From: an uncultured delta proteobacterium
Lineage (GTDB): Bacteria; Desulfobacterota; Desulfuromonadia; Geobacterales; Pseudopelobacteraceae
Length of the DNA stretch: 64,000 bases
Reading direction: 5' to 3'
Assembly: GCA_963772835.1 (NCBI GenBank)
Contig: CAVYYZ010000002.1
Location: 416,001 to 480,000 of the forward strand
In this document: piece by piece, positions 9,718-18,107 of the stretch
How the letters are laid out: every line of letters begins with the position of its first letter
How positions within the stretch are numbered: position 1 is the first letter of the stretch
Made by a program: the position numbers and the translations under genes
Notes under the pieces: model-generated
Seen by the model: only the letters and a program-made list of their open reading frames with translations
Told to the model about the DNA's origin: nothing
Database searches by the model: none

Positions 9718-10352
9718 TGGATTCACTGAAGATGAAACCGGTAGAAATTGAAAAGGAATCATTCCGTATTATTGACGACGAGGCAGGAGATCATGGCTGG
9801 TCCGGGGATGAGTGGCAGATAGTACGTCGTGCAATCCATACCAGCGCCGACTTCGAATATGCCCAATCAATGGTGCTCTCAGAGGACGTCGTTGAAAAGG
9901 CGATCTCAGCCTTTAAAAGCGGCGCCGGCATTGTTACCGACACGAACATGGCACTTTCCGGAATCAGTAAACCACGCCTGGCACATCTGGGCTGCCGGGT
10001 TACCTGCCACGTAGCAGATCAGGATGTTGCCGAGCTGGCTAAAGCCGGAAATATCACCCGCTCAACCACCGCCATGCGCAAGGCGGTGGCCAACCCGGAT
10101 AATAGTATTTTTGTGATCGGAAATGCCCCGACGGCACTGTTTGAACTGCTCCGCCTGATTGAAACCGGTGCCGCCAAACCGGCTCTTATCATCGGCCTGC
10201 CGGTCGGTTTTGTTGGTGCAGAGGAAAGTAAAAATGCTCTGGCCTCGGGCACCCATGACATCCCGTTCATCACCAACATCGGCCGCAAAGGGGGCTCCAA
10301 TGTTGCAGCCGCTGTGGTGAATGCGCTTGCCATCCTGGCATCGCCCGCCTGA
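9708..10352 (+). CDS. cbiC: Precorrin-8X / cobalt-precorrin-8 methylmutase
   Basis: IEKESFRII, RAIHTSADF, IGNAPTAL, PVGFVGAEESK, GRKGGSNVAAA. Confidence 0.93.
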   Translation: MALMDSLKMKPVEIEKESFRIIDDEAGDHGWSGDEWQIVRRAIHTSADFEYAQSMVLSEDVVEKAISAFKSGAGIVTDTNMALSGISKPRLAHLGCRVTCHVADQDVAELAKAGNITRSTTAMRKAVANPDNSIFVIGNAPTALFELLRLIETGAAKPALIIGLPVGFVGAEESKNALASGTHDIPFITNIGRKGGSNVAAAVVNALAILASPA

Positions 10353-10364
10353 TGAAATAATGCC

Positions 10365-11273
10365 ATGACCAATATCATCCTACTGGCGATCTGTCTCCTG
10401 GCAGGCATCGTACTCCGGAAAACGGGGCGTTTTCCCGCGACAACCCCCGCGGCACTGAACGGCTTTATTATTCATATATCGCTGCCGGCCCTGACAATCC
10501 TGCATATCCACAATCTCGCGATGGATTCATCATTGCTGCTTACAGCCGGCATGGCCTGGCTGCTGTTCGGTACCGCCTGGGTGATTTTCGGGTTCGCCGG
10601 AAAGTTCTTCAAGCTGGACAGAGGTACGACCGGTGCACTGATACTGGTCGCCGGTCTGGGCAATACATCTTTTGTCGGCCTGCCGATGATTGAAGCGTAT
10701 TTCAGTAAAGAGTATCTGGGAGTCGGCATTATCGCCGATCAGCTTGGTTCCTTCATGGTGCTCTCGACGCTCGGTATTCTGGTTGCGTCACTCTATTCTT
10801 CCGGTGAGGCGACCCCTCGCCAGATGGTTCTCAAGGTCCTGCTTTTTCCACCCTTTCAGGCGTTGATCCTGGCACTGCTGCTGCGACCGGTTCCATTTCC
10901 GGAGTGGAGTGTTCAGATACTGCAAAAACTCGGCAGCACCCTAACTCCGCTTGCTCTGGTTTCAGTCGGTTTCCAACTGCAGTTCTTCGGCATTCGGCAG
11001 GAATTGAAGCCGCTTGCAGCAGGACTCACCTATAAACTGCTGTTTGGTCCGGCACTCATCTTTCTGCTCTACAGCTCAATGCTCGGAGCATCGGGAACCG
11101 TGGTCCAGGTAACAATCTTTGAAGCGGCGATGGCTCCAATGATTACAGCCGGTATTATCGCCATCGACCATGACCTCCGCCCGCAACTGGTCGGCATGCT
11201 GGTCGGCATCGGCATCCCGCTGTCATTTATCACACTGTATGCCTGGCATATGTTTCTGATGAGAATGGTATGA
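10365..11273 (+). CDS. AEC family transporter
   Basis: About 10 hydrophobic segments; ISLPAL, GNTSFVGLP, FPPF, EAAMAP motifs. Confidence 0.85.
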   Translation: MTNIILLAICLLAGIVLRKTGRFPATTPAALNGFIIHISLPALTILHIHNLAMDSSLLLTAGMAWLLFGTAWVIFGFAGKFFKLDRGTTGALILVAGLGNTSFVGLPMIEAYFSKEYLGVGIIADQLGSFMVLSTLGILVASLYSSGEATPRQMVLKVLLFPPFQALILALLLRPVPFPEWSVQILQKLGSTLTPLALVSVGFQLQFFGIRQELKPLAAGLTYKLLFGPALIFLLYSSMLGASGTVVQVTIFEAAMAPMITAGIIAIDHDLRPQLVGMLVGIGIPLSFITLYAWHMFLMRMV

Positions 11274-12355
11274 AGAAAAAACTTCGCACGGGATTTACCA
11301 CCGGAACCTGCGCGGCCGCTGCAGCCAAAGGGGCGGTTTTGATGCTTGTACGGCAGGCGTCAGCCTCCGAGGTCATAATTGATCTTCCGGCAGGAGTCAG
11401 TGCCACTTTCCAACTGCATGGCCAGTCATTTTCGGTGAACGAGGCGGCCTGTCATGTCGTTAAGGATGCCGGTGATGACCCGGATGTTACCAACGGGGCT
11501 GAAGTGCATGCGCTGGCAACGGTGACACCGGCCGGCTCCTCCCGGGGGAGCGGGTGTAACATACTTATCACCGGAGGCATCGGCATCGGTAAAGTTACCA
11601 AGCCGGGACTTGCAATGCCGCCGGGGGAATGGGCCATCAATCCTGTCCCACGCCGTATGATCACTGAAGCGGTCGAAGCTGTTCTGCATGAATTCAACAT
11701 TCAACATTCAACATTCAACATTGAAGTTTCCATCCCCGATGGTGAAGAGCGCGCTAAAAAGACCCTCAACACGCGACTGGGTATTATCGGCGGGCTTTCG
11801 ATCCTCGGCACTACCGGCATCGTACGCCCCATATCGGCCAAAGCCTGGACGGACACGATTGACGCCTCCCTAGACGTTGCAAAAGCGTGCGGCTGTGGAA
11901 CAGTTGTCCTCTCAACCGGCCGGAGCAGCGAGATGGCGGCACAGAAGCATCTTTCACCTCTTCCCGAAGAGGCTTATATCATGATGGGAGATCACGTGGC
12001 GTATGCTCTTCAAGCCTGCCGAAAGCGCGGCTTTAACAGCCCGATCATCGCCTGCCAGTTTGCGAAGCTGCTCAAAATCGCCTGCGGCTACGAAAACACC
12101 CACGCCGCAGCCTCAGAGCTTGATCTTGCCGTATTGCTCGGATGGGCGGAAGAAGCAAAGGTATCCTCAGAATATCTGTCGATTATTTCGCACGCTAATA
12201 CCGCCCGGGAAATTGCTGTTGCAACCGGTTTTGACCGAGGCATCATGGGACTTGTGGCAGATCGGACAAGAGAAGCCGCAGCAGTACATGCGCCCGGAAT
12301 GCTCGCACGTCCACTGCTCTGCGGATATGATGGAGCGGTTGAATTGAGTATTTAA
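11270..12355 (+). CDS. cbiD: Cobalt-precorrin-5B C1-methyltransferase
   Basis: LRTGFTTGTCAAAAAKGA, KDAGDDPDVTNG, AINPVPRRMI, TLNTRLGIIGGLSILGTTGIVRP. Confidence 0.95.
   Translation: MKKKLRTGFTTGTCAAAAAKGAVLMLVRQASASEVIIDLPAGVSATFQLHGQSFSVNEAACHVVKDAGDDPDVTNGAEVHALATVTPAGSSRGSGCNILITGGIGIGKVTKPGLAMPPGEWAINPVPRRMITEAVEAVLHEFNIQHSTFNIEVSIPDGEERAKKTLNTRLGIIGGLSILGTTGIVRPISAKAWTDTIDASLDVAKACGCGTVVLSTGRSSEMAAQKHLSPLPEEAYIMMGDHVAYALQACRKRGFNSPIIACQFAKLLKIACGYENTHAAASELDLAVLLGWAEEAKVSSEYLSIISHANTAREIAVATGFDRGIMGLVADRTREAAAVHAPGMLARPLLCGYDGAVELSI
11692..11719 (+). repeat. (ATTCAAC)x4 heptamer tandem repeat inside cbiD
   Basis: Four perfect copies read directly; encodes FNIQHSTFN. Confidence 0.9.
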
Positions 12356-12430
12356 AATTGTTTTTTCTGAGAACTGGACTATCATATCAAACCGTACCCT
12401 ATTATTCTGTACATCCAAAGGAGCCCACCC

Positions 12431-12799
12431 ATGAAAAAAACCCTCATCAGTCTGTTCGTAGCAAGCCTGCTATTGGTCGCTGTTGTCGCCTTCGCTGACA
12501 AGAACCTGCCGGTCTACAAAAAAGGAGATACGGTCTACGTCTGCACCTGCGGTGATAGCTGCAACTGCAAAACTATGGCTAATAAAGAGGGAAAATGCGG
12601 TTGCGGTGTCGATCTCGGTAAAGGCACCGTAAGCAGTGTCAGTAAAGATAAAGTCGTTGTTAAAGTCGGCGATAAAAATCTTAACTTCCCGGTAAAAGCC
12701 AAGTACGCCTGCGGCTGCGGAGATGGTTGTAACTGTGGTACTGTCAGCCAGACACCTGGTAAATGCGGCTGTGGTACTGAGATGAAAAAAGTCAATTAG
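12431..12799 (+). CDS. Exported Cys-rich protein with two YxCxCGDxCNC...GKCGCG repeats (heavy-metal-binding-domain-like)
   Basis: Signal peptide ending AFA; 12 Cys in two 6-Cys repeats; AAGGAG RBS. Confidence 0.75.
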   Translation: MKKTLISLFVASLLLVAVVAFADKNLPVYKKGDTVYVCTCGDSCNCKTMANKEGKCGCGVDLGKGTVSSVSKDKVVVKVGDKNLNFPVKAKYACGCGDGCNCGTVSQTPGKCGCGTEMKKVN

Positions 12800-12824
12800 G
12801 CAGGAAACCACCCCCTGTTTTTTT

Positions 12825-12857
12825 GCTTGAAAGGCGGTAATATTCCGCCTTTCAAGC
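12825..12857 (+). terminator. Intrinsic terminator-like hairpin
   Basis: gcttgaaaggcgg / ccgcctttcaagc followed by T residues. Confidence 0.7.
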
Positions 12858-12990
12858 TTTAGCCATATCCGATTGTTATACTTGACATCTCTGGTGGATA
12901 ATGGATAATGGATAGTGTGTGAGAGAATCCCAATACGGAATACTATCACACATCCAGCAGCGTGAGAAACGGAACATTTTCAGGAGTGGC

Positions 12991-13581
12991 ATGAGAAAAT
13001 CTCATCGCTATATGGCTTCACTGCTTATGACGACGATCTACCTGCTGATCGTTTTCACGCCTCTGGCACCACTTGCCATGCAATCGAAGATAGTTGCCCA
13101 TGCCGTTACCGGGGAGTGCTCGGGGGACTGCAAGGTGGACGGTTGCTCGTTGGAGCGGAGTGCTGCACATACCTGCTGCTGCTGGCAGAAAAAAAACCAC
13201 GCCGCCGCTGATAACCTTTTTCATGCTGATTCAGATGTCCGCTGCATACCGCCTGCACCGATGGTAGAAGCACCTAAAATGCGGGCCGGCTGTTGTGATG
13301 CTCCGGCCCAGGGCTCACTTAAAAAGAGCGGATCAGCGCACACCGCGACCCCCCTTCCAACTCAAAAAACAAAGAAGCATTCTGTGGGCAATGCTCCCTG
13401 CGGAAACGGCACGTTGTTTGCGGTATTATCCAGTGAAACCACCCAGCATCTGCCGTACGTCTTCACCGGGGACACTCCTTCTCCGGAGCAAAGCCCCCTC
13501 GTTGTTGTCGCTCCAGGACGTCTGACCTCCCGTTACATTGATCCTCCAGTTCCGCCTCCAATAATTTCATTCGCTTCCTGA
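12991..13581 (+). CDS. Cys-rich membrane-anchored protein with a Pro-rich C-terminus (DUF2946/CutF-like)
   Basis: AGGAG RBS before the ATG at 12991; N-terminal hydrophobic helix; CSGDC, TCCCW, GCCD, APCG; ends SRYIDPPVPPPIISFAS. Confidence 0.65.
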   Translation: MRKSHRYMASLLMTTIYLLIVFTPLAPLAMQSKIVAHAVTGECSGDCKVDGCSLERSAAHTCCCWQKKNHAAADNLFHADSDVRCIPPAPMVEAPKMRAGCCDAPAQGSLKKSGSAHTATPLPTQKTKKHSVGNAPCGNGTLFAVLSSETTQHLPYVFTGDTPSPEQSPLVVVAPGRLTSRYIDPPVPPPIISFAS

Positions 13582-13778
13582 TTTAACGTATTCCTTCGCA
13601 TTTTCCAAGAGAACTCCTCCTGGTTACTGTTTTGTGCCTTACCGTTCAGAGCCGCGCTTAATCAGCGCCTGTGCTGTTCTGTACTGTGGCATATAAGCAG
13701 CGAAGGTCTCTACAGTTCTGCATGCGGTGCCGTTGAATTGCGCCGTCTGACACAACCCTCAATCAAGGAGACTTTTAT

Positions 13779-15395
13779 ATGAAGTTTACAGTATATACCC
13801 TTTCCAAAGCGGCAGTTATCGTCTGCCTCTCAATCATCTCATTCGGCTGCAGCAGTTCCGGTAACGATATCAGCAGCGTTACTCCTTCTACAACGACATC
13901 GGTATCAGGTGTAGTAATGGCCGGGCCGGCAAGCGGAACGTCTGTAACCGTAAAATCCGTATCCGGGGCAGTTGTTGCCGGGCCGGTTACAACCGGAGCC
14001 GGCGGATCATACAATATCGCCATCCCCACAACTTCTCTGGCATCAGACATGATATTTGAAGCCAGCGGCGGCACCTTCCCTGACGAGGCAACATCTGCCG
14101 CCGGGGTACCGCTCACGGTACTGACCGCCCGTACTGCAGCCGGCTCGCTGGCAAGCGGTTCAAATGTAACTATCGACCCTTCCAGCACAATCATACAGAA
14201 ACTGATGGCAGCCGGAAAGACACGAATTGAAGCAGAAACCGCATTTAGTACCGCCTTTGGTTATACGCCTGATTCATCTGTTAAACCCGCCTTTGCCTCA
14301 TTTTCCAGTGCCTCGACAACCACTCAGCGGCTGACAGGACTGAGGGCAGCCGCCTTCAGTCAGTTGACCAAAGACCTGGGTCTGACACCGGCCAAACAGT
14401 TCGAATTGATCCAGGCACTGTCAGACGATCTCTCGGATGGAGTACTGGACGGGTTCAAGGTCGGCGGATCGGCAGTCACTACGGCATCAGGTACAGCCAT
14501 TCCACCCGATATCGCCAACTGCTTTGCAAAGGCCTTGATGACATTTCAGACAAGCGCATTGAACAGATCCAAACTGACCCCTGACAAAATCGGCGCGGTA
14601 CCCTTTGCCAAAATGGCTTTGACTACAAGTTATACTGTAGAGTATGTGCCTGGCATGATGGCTGCTACACAAGGGAAAACGACCTTCAGGTTAAAGCTCA
14701 AGAACGCTGACGGGTCTGCTGCAACCGGTAAGGCTGTCACCTTAATGCCAAAAATGTACATGGCAAGCATGTCTCATTCAGCTCCCGTCGATTCTGCCGT
14801 GGAATCAGCTACTCCCGGCACCTATGATTGTGCCGTTTATTACCTGATGGCATCGGGACCGGGCATGGGCATCTGGGAACTGAAAGTGATGATCGGCATG
14901 GAGACTGCGACATTCTATCCGCCTGTCGCCATGGCCATGGGCACAACAAACCGGACTACACTCAAGGGCGTAACAGATGTAATCGGTACTATGACTGGCA
15001 TGGGAACCTCAAAACGCACCTATTATCTCTTCAATGACAGCTCGACCTTCGGCATGAGCAGCACCTTCAGACTGTTCATAGCCGCAGCCGATGACAGCAT
15101 GATGATGCAGTTCCCGGCTGTTTCTATCGGCAGTACACTTCATAACGAGATGAACATTGCAAGGACGGTAGCAAGCATGACCGTTGATGCCTCCACGGAT
15201 AATGGCTCCACATGGAGCTCGCTGATCGACAACAGCGGAGGACACTGGTCCGTTTCAGGACTGACCGGGCTTGCGGCGGGAGGCACGGTCAAGGTACGGG
15301 TAACAATAGACAGCGAACAAAAAACGACTGACGGGCTTGCAGCCGCTGCCGGTACAAACGATTTCGCGACATTTACCGTTGTCGCAGGAATGTAA
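13779..15395 (+). CDS. Met-rich lipoprotein with an N-terminal carboxypeptidase-regulatory-like domain and a YtkA/FixH-like domain
   Basis: Lipobox ISFGC; LMPKMYMASMSHSAP...PGTYDCAVYYLMASGPGMGIWEL; about 21 Met in the C-terminal half; AAGGAG RBS. Confidence 0.7.
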   Translation: MKFTVYTLSKAAVIVCLSIISFGCSSSGNDISSVTPSTTTSVSGVVMAGPASGTSVTVKSVSGAVVAGPVTTGAGGSYNIAIPTTSLASDMIFEASGGTFPDEATSAAGVPLTVLTARTAAGSLASGSNVTIDPSSTIIQKLMAAGKTRIEAETAFSTAFGYTPDSSVKPAFASFSSASTTTQRLTGLRAAAFSQLTKDLGLTPAKQFELIQALSDDLSDGVLDGFKVGGSAVTTASGTAIPPDIANCFAKALMTFQTSALNRSKLTPDKIGAVPFAKMALTTSYTVEYVPGMMAATQGKTTFRLKLKNADGSAATGKAVTLMPKMYMASMSHSAPVDSAVESATPGTYDCAVYYLMASGPGMGIWELKVMIGMETATFYPPVAMAMGTTNRTTLKGVTDVIGTMTGMGTSKRTYYLFNDSSTFGMSSTFRLFIAAADDSMMMQFPAVSIGSTLHNEMNIARTVASMTVDASTDNGSTWSSLIDNSGGHWSVSGLTGLAAGGTVKVRVTIDSEQKTTDGLAAAAGTNDFATFTVVAGM

Positions 15396-15396
15396 C

Positions 15397-16383
15397 ATGC
15401 CGATGAGACAACCAACCTTTCCACTTTTCGCAGCAGCCCTCCTGTGGGGGGCTGCCTTATTCTCACCCATCGATTCCACAGCCGCGTCGTGCTGTGGCGG
15501 AGGTTCAGCCGCTTCGTTGAGCGTACCAAAATATGCGACTTTCATTGCCGACCTCTCCTTTGATTCGGAGTTTTACGACGGTTACTGGAACCAGAGCAGA
15601 AAGCATATTGCCGATCCTCCCGGTTCCAACTTGAATCAGTACCGTGTAAACATGGGGATGGGCTACCGCTTTGCAAAAGATTGGCAGACAAGCATAGTGC
15701 TGCCGTACGTATGGAATGACAACAGTTATTCAGGAGTTTCTTCTCAAACCAACGGGATGGGTGATACAACTTTCTCCCTGACATACGAATTGCTTGATGA
15801 CAACACCGCTTGGAAAGTTCGTGATATCGGCGATATGATCCCGGGAATATCGCTCGGGCTGTCCTTGCTGGCTCCTACCGGGATATCACCGTATGACAAT
15901 CAGCAGAGTAGTTTTGACATCACCGGGCGGGGGTTTTACCGGCTGGACGGAAACCTGCTGATTGAAAAGACGATCCGCCCATGGAATGTTTCGCTGGCCC
16001 TTGGCTACGGCACCTACTTTGAACGTTCCATCAATCGTGAATATGGAAAATATGTGGAACCATACAAAAAGGACTTAGGCGATCGATTTTCTGCATCCCT
16101 TTCCACCGGCTATACCTTCGTTCTTGGAACCGGAGGTGACAGCATTACCACAACTGTCTCCTACGCCTACCTGAATGAGGGGAATGCCAGTTACAACGGG
16201 TTGGCCGACAGTGGCAGCGGTTTTGACAAACAGTCTCTGGGTGCAGCAGTTGCGTATTCAAATAATGATGACAACTGGAGTCTCAGGGCCGGATGGAACC
16301 ATGCCATCAAGCAGAACGGCTGGGGGCGGAACTTTCCCACCACCGATGTGATCTCCGTGGGGGTGCGCTATGTATTCCTTTAA
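15397..16383 (+). CDS. Outer-membrane beta-barrel 'transporter' (MetA-pathway/phenol-degradation-like) with an N-terminal CC motif
   Basis: Signal peptide, ASCCGGGS, GMGD, APTG, amphipathic strands, C-terminal VGVRYVFL. Confidence 0.7.
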   Translation: MPMRQPTFPLFAAALLWGAALFSPIDSTAASCCGGGSAASLSVPKYATFIADLSFDSEFYDGYWNQSRKHIADPPGSNLNQYRVNMGMGYRFAKDWQTSIVLPYVWNDNSYSGVSSQTNGMGDTTFSLTYELLDDNTAWKVRDIGDMIPGISLGLSLLAPTGISPYDNQQSSFDITGRGFYRLDGNLLIEKTIRPWNVSLALGYGTYFERSINREYGKYVEPYKKDLGDRFSASLSTGYTFVLGTGGDSITTTVSYAYLNEGNASYNGLADSGSGFDKQSLGAAVAYSNNDDNWSLRAGWNHAIKQNGWGRNFPTTDVISVGVRYVFL

Positions 16384-16912
16384 AATAACCGGGCTTCTAG
16401 TACTCATCGTTTGTATGACCGCCTGCGGCGATAACCTGTTCCCTTCGGGTACGGACAAACGCCCAACGATTCAGACTGACAGCAGTGGCGGTAGCGTCAG
16501 CCAGAAAGCACCGGATTTTTCGGTTTCAGACATCAGCGGCATGACTGTTACTCTGGCTTCGTCCATATCCGGAAAGAAAGGTGCGGTCTTTTACTTCACC
16601 ATGTGGTGTCCTGTGTGCGACAGCCACATGAACAACATGCGTACTTCGACTACTCCGTTGTTTCCTGACGTCAATTTTTTTCTGGTTGATTACCTCACCG
16701 GCAGCGTTGCCGGAGCCGCAAGTTCAGCCTCTGCAAACGGGTACACAGGAGGTGTATTCACCACGCTGGCGGATACAAACCAGACCTTGACCAACATCTT
16801 CCAGGGAACCATGGGAACAACCGTGGTAGTCGACAGCACCGGAATCGTCAGAATGAATGAGGACTACCGGGATGGCGCCAAACTTCGCACTGTCCTTACT
16901 GCTCTTCCGTAA
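16370..16912 (+). CDS. Thioredoxin-fold lipoprotein (TlpA/peroxiredoxin-like)
   Basis: Lipobox MTAC; KAPDF; YFTMWCPVC; TVVVDSTG. Confidence 0.8.
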   Translation: MYSFKITGLLVLIVCMTACGDNLFPSGTDKRPTIQTDSSGGSVSQKAPDFSVSDISGMTVTLASSISGKKGAVFYFTMWCPVCDSHMNNMRTSTTPLFPDVNFFLVDYLTGSVAGAASSASANGYTGGVFTTLADTNQTLTNIFQGTMGTTVVVDSTGIVRMNEDYRDGAKLRTVLTALP

Positions 16913-16939
16913 TGATCAATTGAAATTCAAGGAGACTGT

Positions 16940-17407
16940 ATGAAACAAAGAATATTTCTGGTCTTTTCTGCGGTGACTCTGTTACTGACTCTCTCGGCAT
17001 TATCAGCCTATTCAGAGACAGACATAGTCCAACACCGCGACTGCTCTCAGTGCGGTATGGATCGCAAGGCGTACGGCTACAGCAGAATGCTGGTGGTATA
17101 TAAAGACGGTACTCAGTCGGGAACATGTTCTCTGCACTGTACAGTTACCGAATTGAGCAGCAGGAAAAACGGGGAGATAATCACGTTTAAGGTCGCCGAT
17201 CGCGACACACGGCAACTGATTGATGCAGAAAAGGCGTTCTGGACCATTGGCGGGAAAAAACGGGGGGTCATGACAATGCGGGCGAAATGGGCCTTTAGCA
17301 CTCGGGAAGCGGCTCAGCATTTTGTCGACATGTACGGCGGCAGATTAGCAACCTGGGGTGAAGCGTTAGCAGCATCACGGAATGATGCCGCACCAAAACC
17401 AAAATAA
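16940..17407 (+). CDS. nosL: NosL-family metal (Cu) chaperone
   Basis: CSQCGMD...TCSLHC...IDAEKAFW...GVM...AF; signal peptide. Confidence 0.8.
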   Translation: MKQRIFLVFSAVTLLLTLSALSAYSETDIVQHRDCSQCGMDRKAYGYSRMLVVYKDGTQSGTCSLHCTVTELSSRKNGEIITFKVADRDTRQLIDAEKAFWTIGGKKRGVMTMRAKWAFSTREAAQHFVDMYGGRLATWGEALAASRNDAAPKPK

Positions 17408-17476
17408 ATGTAGACGCCACGGGGATAAATCTGTTTAGGTAATGAACTCAATAAACCGGAAAAGGAGAAAAACACC

Positions 17477-17971
17477 ATGAAAAAACTCTGGATAGCACTG
17501 GTACTCGTACTGTCGCTCAGCACACTCTGTCTCGCCGCTGACAAGGTTGAAGCGCCCGATTCCTGTAAACAGTGCGGCATGGACCGGACTAAATTCGCGC
17601 ACAGCCGCATGATTGTGACATACACCGATGGCAGCAGCACCGGCACCTGCAGCATTAATTGTGTGGTGACTGAGATGAAGGAATCAAAAAAAGAGGTGAA
17701 ATCCTTCCAGGCAGCAGATTATAACAGCAGAAAACTGACCGACGCCAAAAATGCAACATGGGTGATCGGCGGCAGCAAGAAAGGCGTTATGACCAAAACA
17801 GCCAAGTGGGCGTTCGCCGAAAAAGCTGATGCGGCTGCCTTCATCAAGGCTAACGGCGGCAAGCTGGCTACATTCGATGAGGCGCTTACAGCTGCCGAAA
17901 AAGATGTTTCTGACCGGTCAAAGAGCATGATGCCCCACGAGCACAAAGGTCATGGCGAGCACAAGATGTAA
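17477..17971 (+). CDS. nosL: NosL-family metal (Cu) chaperone with a His/Met-rich tail
   Basis: CKQCGMD...TCSINC...DAKNATWVIGG...GVM; tail MMPHEHKGHGEHKM. Confidence 0.8.
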   Translation: MKKLWIALVLVLSLSTLCLAADKVEAPDSCKQCGMDRTKFAHSRMIVTYTDGSSTGTCSINCVVTEMKESKKEVKSFQAADYNSRKLTDAKNATWVIGGSKKGVMTKTAKWAFAEKADAAAFIKANGGKLATFDEALTAAEKDVSDRSKSMMPHEHKGHGEHKM

Positions 17972-17990
17972 CTACCGGCCGCAACGTGAA

Positions 17991-18033
17991 CAGATGAGCC
18001 GGCAGAGCGTACCTCTGCCGGCTCATCTGCTTT
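17991..18033 (+). terminator. Intrinsic terminator-like hairpin closing the metal cluster
   Basis: cagatgagccggcagag / ctctgccggctcatctg followed by cttt. Confidence 0.75.
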
Positions 18034-18107
18034 CAGGCATGCGAGCGGTCAGTAATTGTAACGTGCGGACTTGGGCAGAATTATTCAGCGTACAAAAGGA
18101 ACATCGT

